This document shows, in pieces, positions 12,301 to 23,519 of a DNA stretch of 64,000 bases; the first letter of the stretch is position 1, and every line of letters begins with the position of its first letter. Below the pieces are notes generated by a model. The model had not been told where the DNA came from, did not search any database, and saw only the letters and a list, made by a program, of their open reading frames with translations. The position numbers were made by a program, and so were the translations under genes. Source of the DNA: Phoronis australis (taxonomy: Eukaryota; Animalia; Phoronida); NCBI GenBank assembly GCA_002633005.1, contig NMRA01000027.1:1484581-1548580 (forward strand), given 5' to 3'.

Positions 12301-15300
12301 CTCCACGCATTTTTGACCACAGAATCGCACTATTTGTCATCGCGATTTCATACCAAATGCAGACGCCTTTGATGAACCACACTATCCTAGGCACAGGCAC
12401 TTGAATTTATCTGTTCCTCGATTGCCACTGACGTTACTCACTACTAAGTTTCTTATATATGGTTACGAGTCATAGGGAAATTCGAGCGCCTGTGATTCAC
12501 AATTACAATTTTTGTTCCTACGCCGTCGTGAGAAACCAATTTACCATGATAATTTCATGGCAAATCCGATTTTTCCACAGAAATATAACAAAAATACGCA
12601 GATCGAATAAGAAAAAAAGCAGAAATCCGCGTTTCCGCGGACAATTCCAAGCCTTGAATTTAGCAGTAAAGTTTGATAGCAATACACCACGATTTTGTAG
12701 AAAACTCTTTCATAGGTTACGGATACGGCATAGAGCATAAATATGATGAATCTTAGCTTTCGATTGCACCTGTTTCGGAGACCAGGTTTCAACTGACTTG
12801 GGTTACAAGCGCCTCCCCTGAAACAAATTTTTCTAAGCGCCCTGGGCAGTTATTAAGGCGAATACGGTAAACAAAAAACAAAACATATACTCACTGTACA
12901 AGGTTTTGAAAATAGTTCGAATGACCCGGGAATTAGACTGCTTTGGAGGTACAACAGACATTCCTGCAAAGAAAAATAACCATCACTCAAACAGGGCTAT
13001 ACTTGGCCAGTCGCCAATGTGAGTGAAAGTGCTTCTGGGCAAGTAGAAATTGTCTTTCCGGTTGCCCAGGTGGCGAGCGAATTTTCAAAGCTCAAAAGCA
13101 CTCTATCGTTTCCCAGATGAACATGAATAAATTTTCTCCTCCTTGTGCTGTTTTCATCATGAAAACAAAGGTTCAGTTTGGTCAGCGTGACGATTCTCCG
13201 GCAGTAAAAAACATCGGCGCTCCTACCAATTCAGTAGACTGTCACCCCTTACGCGATTTGTCTAGACAAGAGATCACAGTGGTTGGTCGTGCACAAAGGA
13301 ATTTCTGGACTAGTCCGAATTGAAGAAAAAGGGGGGGAAGGCGGAGGACCGGTCCATGTGCTAACAGCAAGTGAAATTGGGAATCTAAAAACAGGGGCTG
13401 GGCGGTTAAAATCAAAATTTTTGAAAAGTCTTGAGTTGTTCCGTACCGCACGGAAGACCGAATTTACCCTCACAGATCTACACTGACGTTGGACTTCAAG
13501 CATATCAGTTAAAAGATAGGTTAATTGGGGATTGAAGTAATGGACTTCCGATGGCCTGTAGTACACGATACAGTGACGTCGTGATCCCGAGCGTGATTGG
13601 GTTTTTACATACCTCGGTGGCTGTTCGTCATTTCTTGGAACTAAGGTATTCATACAGGTAGGCGTGCATTCAGAAGGGTAAGTCCCTTGAGAGAAAAGAC
13701 AGATCAAGCAAGATACCGCTAGTTTGTAGCGTATTTTTAAGGGAAGCACCTTATTTTGTAAAGATTTGCTTTGCTGGACACCTAGGCAACCAAACATGTG
13801 CTAATGATTGACCAATTTCAAACTGAATACTTTGAACTTAGTTTGAACAATGCAACATTTTATATACATTGTATAATTTTTTGGTTCAAAGAGAAAACCC
13901 GCGCTTGTTCAAAGCACGTGCTCAACAATCAGACGATATTACTATTATGCATAGGGGTGCTCTGTCAGCTGCCAAAATAATGAAGAAAACACACATCATG
14001 TAAAGTCACCAGGCAAATCAAAAGTTCAAAAAGTAAGTTTTTGACCACGTGGATGTGAACAGAATGTTTGACTTGCGCTTAATGACAAATTCATTGCTTT
14101 TGGTTGGTCGCTTCCATTTTGGTGTCAGGAGTCCGGAAGAGTGCAGTTTTTAATAAAACAACTTTTGTATCAGATTTTATCTGGTCAGTCTTTTACCCAC
14201 ATCGGCGCCGTAGCTGTAGCCTATTACTACATTGCAGCTTTGCGCCAAGGCAACGTCTTGTGTTGCTGGGAATTCATCGACGTCAGAAGTTTGTTGGTAG
14301 GAATTTATTTTCCAAAAACAATACTAGCCCTAATAGATGGCGACATCAACACACGAAACAATGATTTTGATTGACATTGGCAGCCAGTGACGCAAACGGC
14401 TGAGCGACTGAGTTTCGGGCTGGGCGAGTAGATTTTCTGGCTCACTCGCCCAGCTGGCGAGCGGGGTTTTGAAACCTAGGTATATCCCTGTCAAATAGTT
14501 CACGATTTCTTGGAATTTCAACACTTTTGGCAGATAAATACAAACAGAAAAAATAGTGATTATGTTTTATTTCCATTCATTCAAAATAAGGAATTTGTCA
14601 TGAAAGATACTATGCAAGTGAAGTTTTGTCGCCCTAGTGCAAGTTTGAGCACTATTTAGAATGGCAATGAAAATATATTCATTAGCGAGAATAACAGATT
14701 TGTATTAATTAATTAAAAAGTTAACATAACATGTAGATAAACATTTGGCTTTTCTAATATTGTAATAATTATATAAGAAGAGTAATTTAAAAGCCTTCTA
14801 TTCAAATAATCATTTGAAAACTATGTTATGGGGTAGATTAATGAGAAAAGACCTACCTTGTGAACAATGTTCACGAAACCTAGACGACAAATCATCCGAT
14901 TTGAAATGTTTCAGTGTTTGAGATGTTCCAAAGTATTCGACTGTATTAGTATTACTGTCAAACGACAAGCCACCAATCTCAATCCCTTGTAACTTAAGCT
15001 GCTCAACCTGTAAAAAATATCCAGTTCACCATAATAATTCAAGCGAGACCCTCATTATATGTGCTTATGGTAGAGCAGCTAGATTTAACTAGCATTTTAG
15101 GCCCGCGCTTTTTATTGCAATAACTTCCCGTGAAACAAAGCGAAATCACTGTAAGGGCATACCTGCTAATTTCATTCAAATATTTATCTCGAGGAGGAAA
15201 ACACAGAAACATTTGAAGGATTACTAGAAGGTCTGGGAGGATTAATGAGCGTCATAGTAGAAGGTCTGGGAGGATTAATGAGTGTCATTAACAGTAATTT

Positions 15301-18300
15301 ATGGAAACTGTGGAAAAAGCAATATTTTGAAAAAAAAACAGAACAAAATCACAAAAATCATAACAATTGGCAGGTACTCCCTCATACAACAGTGATTTCC
15401 TAATACTTATATTTTCAATTGCCTTTCAAGGCTTCCAGTAAAAATTAGAGTTTATCAAGGCCTAGATTAAAGTCAAGGACTTTTCAAGACCCAGCCTCAA
15501 ATTCGAGAGCTTTTCAAGTTTGTGCGAAACCACGTGTGTTCCTCTTTAGTTTCAATCCCTTACTTTGAATGCATCAGCAGTGCACGCCCTCTAAACAGCT
15601 GGGCCTCACAGTTATCGTTATTAGTATGCAATAATATCAAGTAGACAAAGTTCACTTCTTTGATTTACAAACAAATGATCACACTAATTGTTTCAACATA
15701 ATTTACTAGTCAAAGAATACTAATTAAAATGTTTACATTGTTTCATATCAATGAGGCTTCATAAAGATAAAATATAAAAAACAAAGGTCTTTGCTTTAAT
15801 ACTTAATCAAATATTTGAGCCTGAGGAATTGGCTTTGTTAGATGTGGGACTCAATAGCTAAGGGTCAGTATAGCGTCCGACTACAGTTCAGGAAACCACA
15901 TGCCCGATTCCACACCAAGATGTCATTGCTTCTATATTTCATTTATAAGTTGTGTTAGACATAGAAATGACTTTTGTCTTGAGTAAAGTGCAGTGGGAAA
16001 GCTGGAACTGTCCTTTGCCAACTTAATTGTGTTGGAATGCACAGGACAGGTGTACTACCGGCCTTTCGGACTATCGACCCATACCCATACCTTTTTACTG
16101 GATACAAGGCTAGTTGTGAAATAAACATTATTTATGGTTACACATGTACCATAACAAGAAATAATGACTTACACAGTTTGAAAAAAGTTTCAATAGCTTT
16201 GCCTTTTTTCTCCGTTTGACATCTTCCCCTTCATCCACCATTGTCGCCCTTTCTCTATACTGCTGTCTCTCTCCCTCCGTCAACTTTTTCCATTCACTAG
16301 CCCATGAATTAAACTCCCCACCTACAGGTTGTTAAAAAGGACATGTCAATAATAGTTACATACACTATTACAATTTTTTGTGAGAATCTGTTGAATTTTA
16401 ATTTTTTTTAAAAAACAAATACCCAAGAATGGCCTAATTTTCTAAGTCTGCAAATATTTTTGATTGTGAAACTCAACTTTAATTCAAAAGATCACATTAG
16501 AATTAAACGTAACCTTAATGTCCTATGTAATAGAATTGTGGCAATCTACGTACCCTTTTCCCTACAAAACTGATTATAAGCACTCCGGCCTTTCACATAC
16601 AACACCTTCTTTCTGTCGTACGTTTTTCCCTGGACTTTCTTTCTATAATTGCTAATCCAGTTCTGTAAGCATAGAATATATTATACGTTATAATATCTAC
16701 ATGTATGCAACAGCGGACTGTTGAGTCTGAGCTATGCAGTAGGAAACTGTACCTTACACGACTATAGCTATAACTAAAGTTCGATTTTGCACTTCGATGT
16801 GGCAAATAAAAAGACCTATGGGCAATCTGGTGAAAACGACAAGTTTTGGTATGACAGAATAACAAAGAAAACAATTTGCCTCACACAAAACAGCTAGAAT
16901 CGACTGGAAATTTAACTTCATTCCTAGCCGTCATGACCTAGATTCCTTATAATGTGCACGACATGCTGGGTGGATGGCAACAGAGCAGTTGGCTACTTGC
17001 AGTGTTTTGGCTTGTATGAAGTTGGCTTAATGGTAACAACATCCAAGCTTGTCCTTGGTTGTCTTCATACTGTCCTGTCAGGAGAGTTTGTTACCAGTTG
17101 CGTAGGGCCAGAACCCTTAGGTGGTCCTGGTACAGGCTTGTCACTGAAATTCGGTTTAATGTAGCTTCGCAGAGCGATTGAAGTCAGCTCAGTCCCTGTC
17201 TGACCTAGTGCATCTGTCTGTCAGAATAGATGACAAGAGTCTCACCATTTTGTTAGGTTGACCTATATTGGAGAGCTTGTATCTCATGTCATCATGCCGA
17301 ACAGAGTCAAAAGCTAACAATATGGGGCACGTAATCTTGCCCTCTTCATGCATGTCTCAAAAATGTACACTGAACTGGTGTGACCAATACTTTTTGTACT
17401 TCTAAATGTGCTTTCAGACCAGAGTTTCACGGTAATAAGTCCTCCAAAGCATTCATGACAGGCTCAGAACAGCAAACAAAAAGTCACACAAGTTAATTCC
17501 TTTAATAATACTACACCCAATTCTATAATATCAATTCTATTTCTATCTATACGTATTACTAGTAACATGTTGTGTTAGTCTGGTGTGACCTAATACTTAG
17601 TGACACCGGTTGTCCTGTTGAATAAGCTGATAAGTTCAAATTTGCCACCAGATGTCGGTCAAAATCAAATTGTTCCAATATAGGTTTAGATGCAAAATTT
17701 TAAGGTCAGAATGACAAAGGAGATCGAATTAGTCCATGCTAAAAGAAGACAGTTGACTCTATGAAGTTTTGTTGTGGAAAGAGTTTTCGTCGGATTTTCT
17801 TAACAATAGATGATACTCCTTTAACGTAAAGTTGGAAGTATTTATTGTTAACTGCCCAACAGTTAAGTAAGATCAGGCTCTGCTTTGATGCTGCGAGCTG
17901 AAGTGCTTTAATTGCCACCCTGATTTAAACCTGGCACAGCAATTTTTAAACTTAACATGTGCCTTGGCGACAAAATCCAAACTTGTAACTGTGACGAGTC
18001 AACAGGTCGTGGAGAACACGAGGAGGATTTCAGGCCAGAAAATTGTCCCATTGAGACGTGTGAGGTCATAGGTTCAGTTTCAGTCTTTATTTTTTAGTAT
18101 CAATGATTGTGTCGGCTTTTTTCTTGAAAAAACGCAGATGAGAGAATAAAAATATGATACGTTTTATGACTATCAATAAACAAACCTTCACTCTCTTCAC
18201 ACTGCAGCCCAGAGACACAGCAACTTGCGCCACCTGCGGGGAGTTCTCCCTCGTCATACCCTGTTCCCATGCTGCCTTCAGTATACTACACTCATCATCA

Positions 18301-19991
18301 CTGAAGAAGAGCTGTAACGATGGAAAGTGAAATTAGTAATTAATATTCTGCACCCCAGGTTTATTGCTCTCTAGAGGTCTTGGATTAAAAATAAACGATC
18401 AACAATGTATGTTCAATTACAACCAGATGAAGCATAAATGCTGCATTCAATCGTTTGTTTGAATTGGGCACTGGCAGCTTGAGTATGGTAGGTTTTAGCA
18501 ACTGGCAAAGATCAATGATCAATTACCTTTTACAGTAAGAGATTATAAATGCATGAGCATTTTAGAGCAAACTTTGTAAGAAAAAATATTTAGCACTTCT
18601 ATTCACGACAGAATCAAATGCAATCAGCAGACACCTGCACAAGGATTGACTTCCCTCAACTCAATATGGTTATGAAGTGTCGACGATCGCGATAACAGTA
18701 AAAAAGTCAATAAAACCAACAACCATCAGATTGAACTGAACTCATAGAAAGTGACCAGGGAGTGTGAAGACAAGCCAAAAATGGACACCTGCACTCATTG
18801 ACACACAACAACCTTGGTTATTTTTTCAAAAACGGAAAAATGAAAATCAGAAGTTTGCTCTAACCTTTGTTTTGCCATAGAATGTGGAATCCATTGCTTA
18901 ATCCCAAGTCTATTGAACAGACTCAACTGTAGAGAGCAGCAAGTTTAAGGGTTGAGATATCAACTATCCCTGGGCAACACCGATGGGTTTTTAAATTTTG
19001 TATTGATTTTTCCAGCAGCAAAGCAGATTGCAGGCCACGTAACATAAACATAATACAGTCGGCTACAATGCAGAACTGCCAAGACGTGAAACCAAGCTAG
19101 ATTGTCAGAAACCAAGAGATGTATGGATTTTTCAGTCACAAAAAGCCAAGGGAAACCCATAATTAAAGTAAAAAAACAGGTGTCATGGCCAAACCGAAAG
19201 ACTTCGCAGTTGGCAGCAATGGGGCATATGCCGATTGGCAGCACAGATAATTGCAATTTATAATTTGAAAATAGTACTCCACAAAGTATAATTTCAACTG
19301 ATCGAGTCACATGAGTTAGGCAAAGGTTTAGAGCACGAGACTGAGTGAAGCGCTTGAGGCTGGCACGTGACACTTGCAAAATAGCACGGCAAGGTATCAG
19401 GTGAAATTTATAAGATTTGTGTCCCTTAGACTTTTTTTTCATCAACATGCATGATTTCACGTAACTTTCTCAAAATGGCACCGGATAAGAGAAACTTGAG
19501 CAAACCGCGACAAATATTCATCGATTTGTTCAAATTATCTTGACGGAATCGTCTCCAAACATATGTGCTTGTGGTCTACGGCTTATAGGCAAACCTATGT
19601 ACAAACCTGACCAGTTTCATGCAGTGCTCAAATTACAAACAGAACAGAAATTCACACAGTCATAAACAATACAAGACTGAAAACAGGTTAAGTCAGAAGC
19701 CTAATGAATCCAAAGATCAGAAATCGCGAAAATGTCGCGACGAGTTATGCAGTAATTTTGTCACTTGTTGTTGTGATAGTCTTGGATCTAGACAAATGGC
19801 AAAAATTGAAAAAGGACAATGATCAAAAGTTATACTTGGAATACAAAGAAAATATGTTTTTGCGCTGAAATCTTCACAAAGAGCCCATTTGGTTATGCTG
19901 CTTTTAAAAACATCAACAGAAATTAATGTAGAATAAAGATACGCAAAATTTGACTCACCCTTTTCCTTGCATCGGACTCTGAGGCTGACAT
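6361..19991 (-). CDS. Multi-exon gene encoding a putative nuclear DNA-binding protein (~340 aa): HDX-like homeodomain + HMG-box-like + GTF2I N-terminal-like + GTF2I repeat + acidic repeat
   Basis: Exons (minus): 19991-19959, 18311-18186, 16662-16554, 16321-16173, 15007-14857, 12963-12895, 8770-8593, 7620-7448, 6395-6361 (last one tentative). All introns are GT-AG with compatible phases; total 1023 nt, no internal stop. Protein: MSASESDARKRLFFSDDECSILKAAWEQGMTRENSPQVAQVAVSLGCSVKRVKNWISNYRKKVQGKTYDRKKVLYVKGRSAYNQFCREKGGEFNSWASEWKKLTEGERQQYRERATMVDEGEDVKRRKKAKLLKLFSNCVEQLKLQGIEIGGLSFDSNTNTVEYFGTSQTLKHFKSDDLSSRFREHCSQGMSVVPPKQSNSRVIRTIFKTLYSSAVGKPQAVPYKKLDEGSVKIQTNMPGLTIKRPATYGNKTLREILEFDQSHGLKFYVQRVDKQDTCRVSVPPMSEVEQEPAEQVPEEEPAEQVPDQEPAEQVPDQEPVEQVSEETAGTAAYGKIKSN*. 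Confidence 0.82.
6509..7017. mobile_element. Non-autonomous DNA transposon, CAGGG termini, 5-bp TSD (hAT5-like)
   Basis: TIR CAGGGCTTGGAAT / ATTCCAAGCCCTG, flanked on both sides by CTAAT. A degenerate relative lies at about 12150-12656. Confidence 0.75.
7448..7620 (-). CDS. Exon 8: acidic low-complexity tail with a 27-bp coding repeat
   Basis: ttaactag|A..GCAG|gtaggt, 173 nt; (EQVPDQEPA)-type unit about 4 times. Confidence 0.65.
8424..8567. mobile_element. Small pogo/Tigger-like MITE
   Basis: TA|CAGTCAAACCT ... AGGTTAGACTG|TA. Confidence 0.55.
8593..8770 (-). CDS. Exon 7: body of the GTF2I repeat
   Basis: ccttgatag|GT..CAGAG|gtattg, 178 nt; SAVGKPQAVPYKKL..PGLTIKRPATYGNKTLREILE..LKFYVQR. 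Confidence 0.8.
9591..12867. mobile_element. Tc1/pogo-like non-autonomous element hosting nested insertions
   Basis: TA|CCGTATTCGCC ... GGCGAATACGG|TA. Contains a HINE (10236-11600) and a CAGGG-family relic (about 12150-12656). An inverted relative lies at about 38475-39823. Confidence 0.72.
10236..11600 (-). mobile_element. Complete HINE/DINE-1-like element
   Basis: ACAAGAG + hairpin CAATGC-AGA-GCATTG + ATGCGCCCAC; 8 satellite subunits; (GCCGGACGGAC)n; terminal palindrome and A-run. Confidence 0.8.
12895..12963 (-). CDS. Exon 6: first helix of the GTF2I repeat
   Basis: tttctttgcag|GA..TACA|gtgagt, 69 nt; ..RVIRTIFKTLY. Confidence 0.8.
12992..14490. mobile_element. Non-autonomous DNA transposon, CAGGG termini, 5-bp TSD (hAT5-like)
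   Basis: CAGGGCTATAC ... GTATATCCCTG, flanked on both sides by TCAAA; sub-terminal GGCGAG repeats. Confidence 0.72.
14857..15007 (-). CDS. Exon 5: GTF2I N-terminal-like region
   Basis: ttttttacag|GTT..CAAG|gtaggt, 151 nt, open frame VEQLKLQGIEIGGLSF..YFGT..FREHC. Confidence 0.85.
15225..15288 (+). repeat. 33-bp tandem duplication
   Basis: TAGAAGGTCTGGGAGGATTAATGAG(C/T)GTCAT occurs twice. Confidence 0.9.
15846..16091 (+). mobile_element. Putative degenerate tRNA-derived SINE
   Basis: tRNA-like head (TAGCTAAGGGTCAGTATAGCG..CCCGATTCC) and a short (ATACCC)n tail. Confidence 0.4.
16173..16321 (-). CDS. Exon 4: HMG-like helices 2-3 and a basic NLS-like stretch
   Basis: cctgtag|GT..TGT|gtaagt, 149 nt; WASEWKKLTEGERQQYRERA, KRRKK. 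Confidence 0.85.
16554..16662 (-). CDS. Exon 3: homeodomain helix 3 and HMG-like helix 1
   Basis: cttacag|AAC..AAGG|gtacgt, 109 nt; NWISNYRKK..GRSAYNQFCREK. Confidence 0.85.
18186..18311 (-). CDS. Exon 2: homeodomain helices 1-2 and start of helix 3
   Basis: ttacag|CTC..GTGAAG|gtttgt, 126 nt; LFFSDDECSILKAAWEQGMT..LGCSVKRVK. Confidence 0.85.
19959..19991 (-). CDS. Exon 1 (coding part) of the homeodomain-HMG-GTF2I gene
   Basis: acaaaATG start, MSASESDARKR, donor AGG|gtgagt, phase 0; RKR forms the homeodomain N-terminal arm. Confidence 0.75.
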
Positions 19992-20999
19992 TTTGTAAAT
20001 TCGGCGCCAGCAGACTAGAGCGACGTCTTTCGTGAAAATGGCAAATTACATATTGACGTTAGTCTCGAAGCTGAATACAGAAAATTGTGGCAACGAGAGT
20101 GTAAATATCGATTTGGTCCTGGGCCGCACTGTAACACGAATGCAGGACACGTTGAGGAGTACCTTTTACTGAGTATAATATATTTTAGTGATATTTTACA
20201 GCGAGTTGCAAGCATGTGTAACGGCTTAGTGCGTTCCAGACTCTTGAACAGAGTTACGGTGTTGGACGGGCGCGCCGTCTATTGATGGAGTACTGAGTTT
20301 AAACTTTTCCGATTCGTGAGTCAAGTCTATGTTTGTTTCCACAAAAGACTAGAGAAAGGGGGTGTGTATTGGTGGATCCCTTATCTGGTACTTCCGACGA
20401 CGAAATTTTCCCGGCTTTGCATTTGGACTAGTTTTCACATTTAACTTAACTGAGACCCCAACTTCAGCTATTGGTACATTCGCGGTCGCGGCGGCCATGC
20501 CAGGTCGCCCGTATAAAAATAGGCTCCACACGCTCGAATCTGCCGGCCGGGTCTTGTTCCTACCCGCATGAAATCTCAGATCTAACTAACTATAGCTTTT
20601 TGGGCCAGGCGAAATTTAATGTTTTTCGGTGTAGTTTTCTTGTATAGCAGGCATGCATTGAGTTATTTTAACAAAGCAAAAATGCCGACGAATAGTTAAT
20701 GGTGAGCTGTGCGGAGTTAGTAGATTTGTATTATATATTTTTAGCACATAATAAACTCAGTTGTTTCACTCTGTATTATAGTTGTCACCATATTTCTCTC
20801 GTATGTCATGCAAACGAGTGAAAAAAGTACACAATGCTGCAATTTCTATCGGCTACGAACAGTCGACTTCTTAAGTATAGATTGGTTGGTGCTGCTTTAT
20901 GGTCGCTCCACCGACTTCCGTTACACTCAAGCTTCGAGGGCGCTAACACCAAACAGAAGTTAGAACAGCGATATGCTCAAAATAATTATAGAGAATAAA

Positions 21000-22560
21000 T
21001 ATCAGTTGTAATATGTTTTTGGTGCATTCGCTTTCTAATTTGATTGATGGTATGCCTGAAGTGTCAATTGAATCAGACCATAAACCTTTAGAAAGTTTGT
21101 TTAAAAAGCCAATAGGCAAGTCTCCGAACGGATGCTGAAATTTCAACATACTCGTTTAATTTTAAGGTGGTGTCAAAAAGGTAATACATTAATTGGTTTA
21201 GCTGATTGTTTGCGGAGATTACCTCACAATGGTGATGACAATTATAATATAATCATGGATGATGAGTTAATGGTTTGTAAGGTTGATACTCCAGCACAGT
21301 GTATGCATAATAAAATTGCTATGACAACATGGGATCGCGATCATGAACTGCAGTGTGTAGAGTAGTTGAATGGTTGGCCAGAACATAGGTCCAAAGTATC
21401 TCAAATCGCATTTCCTTATTGGGATTACAGAGATCAATTGGCTATTGTTTTCAGACCAGATGAGCGTATGTATTCCCTCTACAATCCGTTAGCATAGGTG
21501 TACTACACTAATGGAGGAGGACACGGAAAAAACAAAGAGTTCGATCGCGGTGATAGTACACATTTTGGCCGGGTATATATGAAGAAACAAATTGAACACT
21601 ATGATTAGCAGATGTGCTGCATGTTTGAAACATCGAAATTTCCAGCCAAAAAGGGGAATAGAGTTTGAGAAACCTGTTCTCCCGTGGAACACAGTTGGAT
21701 GTGATTTCATTGTTTGAATATGGAAACAAGCACTCGTGTTGATGCTAGATAATTATTCCTTGAAGTATCACCGTTACTGACATTCCACGAATGCCTCTAC
21801 GGTGATTAAGCAAGTCATAGCTAATATTGCACGTTATGGTATTATGGACAAATTAGTGTCAGAAGATGGTCCTCAGTTTCCTTGTCTAGAATTCAGAGAA
21901 TTTGCCTGACTGAGGAAAACTATGGCGTTATCCGCATAACATCATCTCCGGGTCACCAGTAGACAAATGGTCTTGCAGAGAAATCTGCTCAAGCAATTGA
22001 TAAAGAAAACAAGTGAAACAAATTGTGATATGCATTGTATATTTGGCTTTCAGGAGATGGCATTATTGGGTCTCCAGTTCAAACACTAACGGGTAGACGT
22101 ACCAGGACATTTATTGCCTACTTCGAATGCACTGCTAAAACCCGAAGCAATTAATACTGGCTCCCGTTCAGTAACGCTAGGACCTCACTACAAAGCAACA
22201 CTTCGCGAGATCACGCGAGATATTGTCATGTATTTGAAACGAGAACACGTGACTTTGGCTAAATTTCCACAAGGTCCTAGCCTTACTGAACGCACGCCTG
22301 ATGAAGCGCATTCACAACTATCCACGTATCAATGGAGACATAAGAAGTATTACTACAGAAATACTAAACCATTGCCAGCATTAAAGAATTTTGATTCTGG
22401 ACGAGCTGTGTGTTTGAAAACTAAAAGTGGTTGGGAACCAGCAGAAATGATGAAACAACATTCTGATTCATCTTACATATTGTCAAATCAGGTGACGAAG
22501 AACGAGAGTATCCGCGTAATCGACAAATGTTACTGTCCACTACAGAATCTCCACATTCTT
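21000..22560 (+). mobile_element. Degenerate Ty3/Gypsy LTR retrotransposon pol (RNase H-integrase) relic
   Basis: Frame-disrupted motifs ESDHKPLESLFKKP, LADCLRR, GWPE..PYWDYRDQL, FWPGI, CAAC, PWNTVGCD, RYGIMDKLVSEDGPQF, TSSPGHQ*TNGLAEK, SPVQTLTGRRTRT. Confidence 0.85.
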
Positions 22561-23519
22561 TACAGCTTAATTTGCTCAGTTCAGTTAAGCATGAAATCAA
22601 GCAAACAGACAACAATCTTATTCAACAAACAAGTGGCACTGGTACTGATTCACCCCACAGAATAAATCAAAACCTGTGGTTGCAAGGTCAGTTCATTATT
22701 GCAGGAGACCCAAGTTAAGCTCTAAAACCCTTATGGTTGCCAATACAAGTAGGTAGGGCTCGAAACCGAATGCTAGATAAAGCACTAACCTGGCACATTG
22801 CATTGGCCATTTTTGCTTTTAGCGCAAGAATAACGGAATGATGCAATAATTAAAGTCACTTTTTTCTAATTCTAGATATCATTTCGTATCGAAAGGCACA
22901 AGACCACTTTTATATCTGACAGCAAGAAATCAAAGGTTACTTTACCATTGCAAACTGAGAAAACTTATCTACAAATAACAGAAAGCTAACTTAAAAACAA
23001 AACAAGGTCATCTGCATTCATAGCTTCTACATGTAATTATCCTTCATGCAAAAGAATCGCCGCCAAGATTATAAGCAAAACACCGATTTGCAGTTTGACA
23101 ATAAAGACAGCAAAAGCGGACACTTGTAACCTTGTTGTCAAAACTGACCTCTCAGAAATCAGATCACTTTGGGCTTGTCGACCAGTGGACATAAAGAGGA
23201 ACCAGAGTTCCTTTTATTCAGAATACCTTTATTGAAATGCTAACATTTCATCAATTGAAACCAAACATTGCATAAACAAACAGAACAATTATCTGCGTAT
23301 GCCTTTTGAAATAACAATGTTCACAACTGAAATCATGCCTTCTTGAATTACTAAGATTTAGCAACCATTAAAAATAGTTTAAAACACCTTGAAATGTTGC
23401 ACGCAAAAATGTCCATTGCAAGAACAATGTAAAAATTCAGATAAAATATAAAACTTTCAACTGACCACAATTAATAAACACCGAGGTTCAGCAATGTTCA
23501 AGTGAAGAACATCCTTATG

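Noticed and set aside
16950-17460. Possible retroelement tail fragment in intron 2
   Set aside because: No diagnostic motif, many stops.
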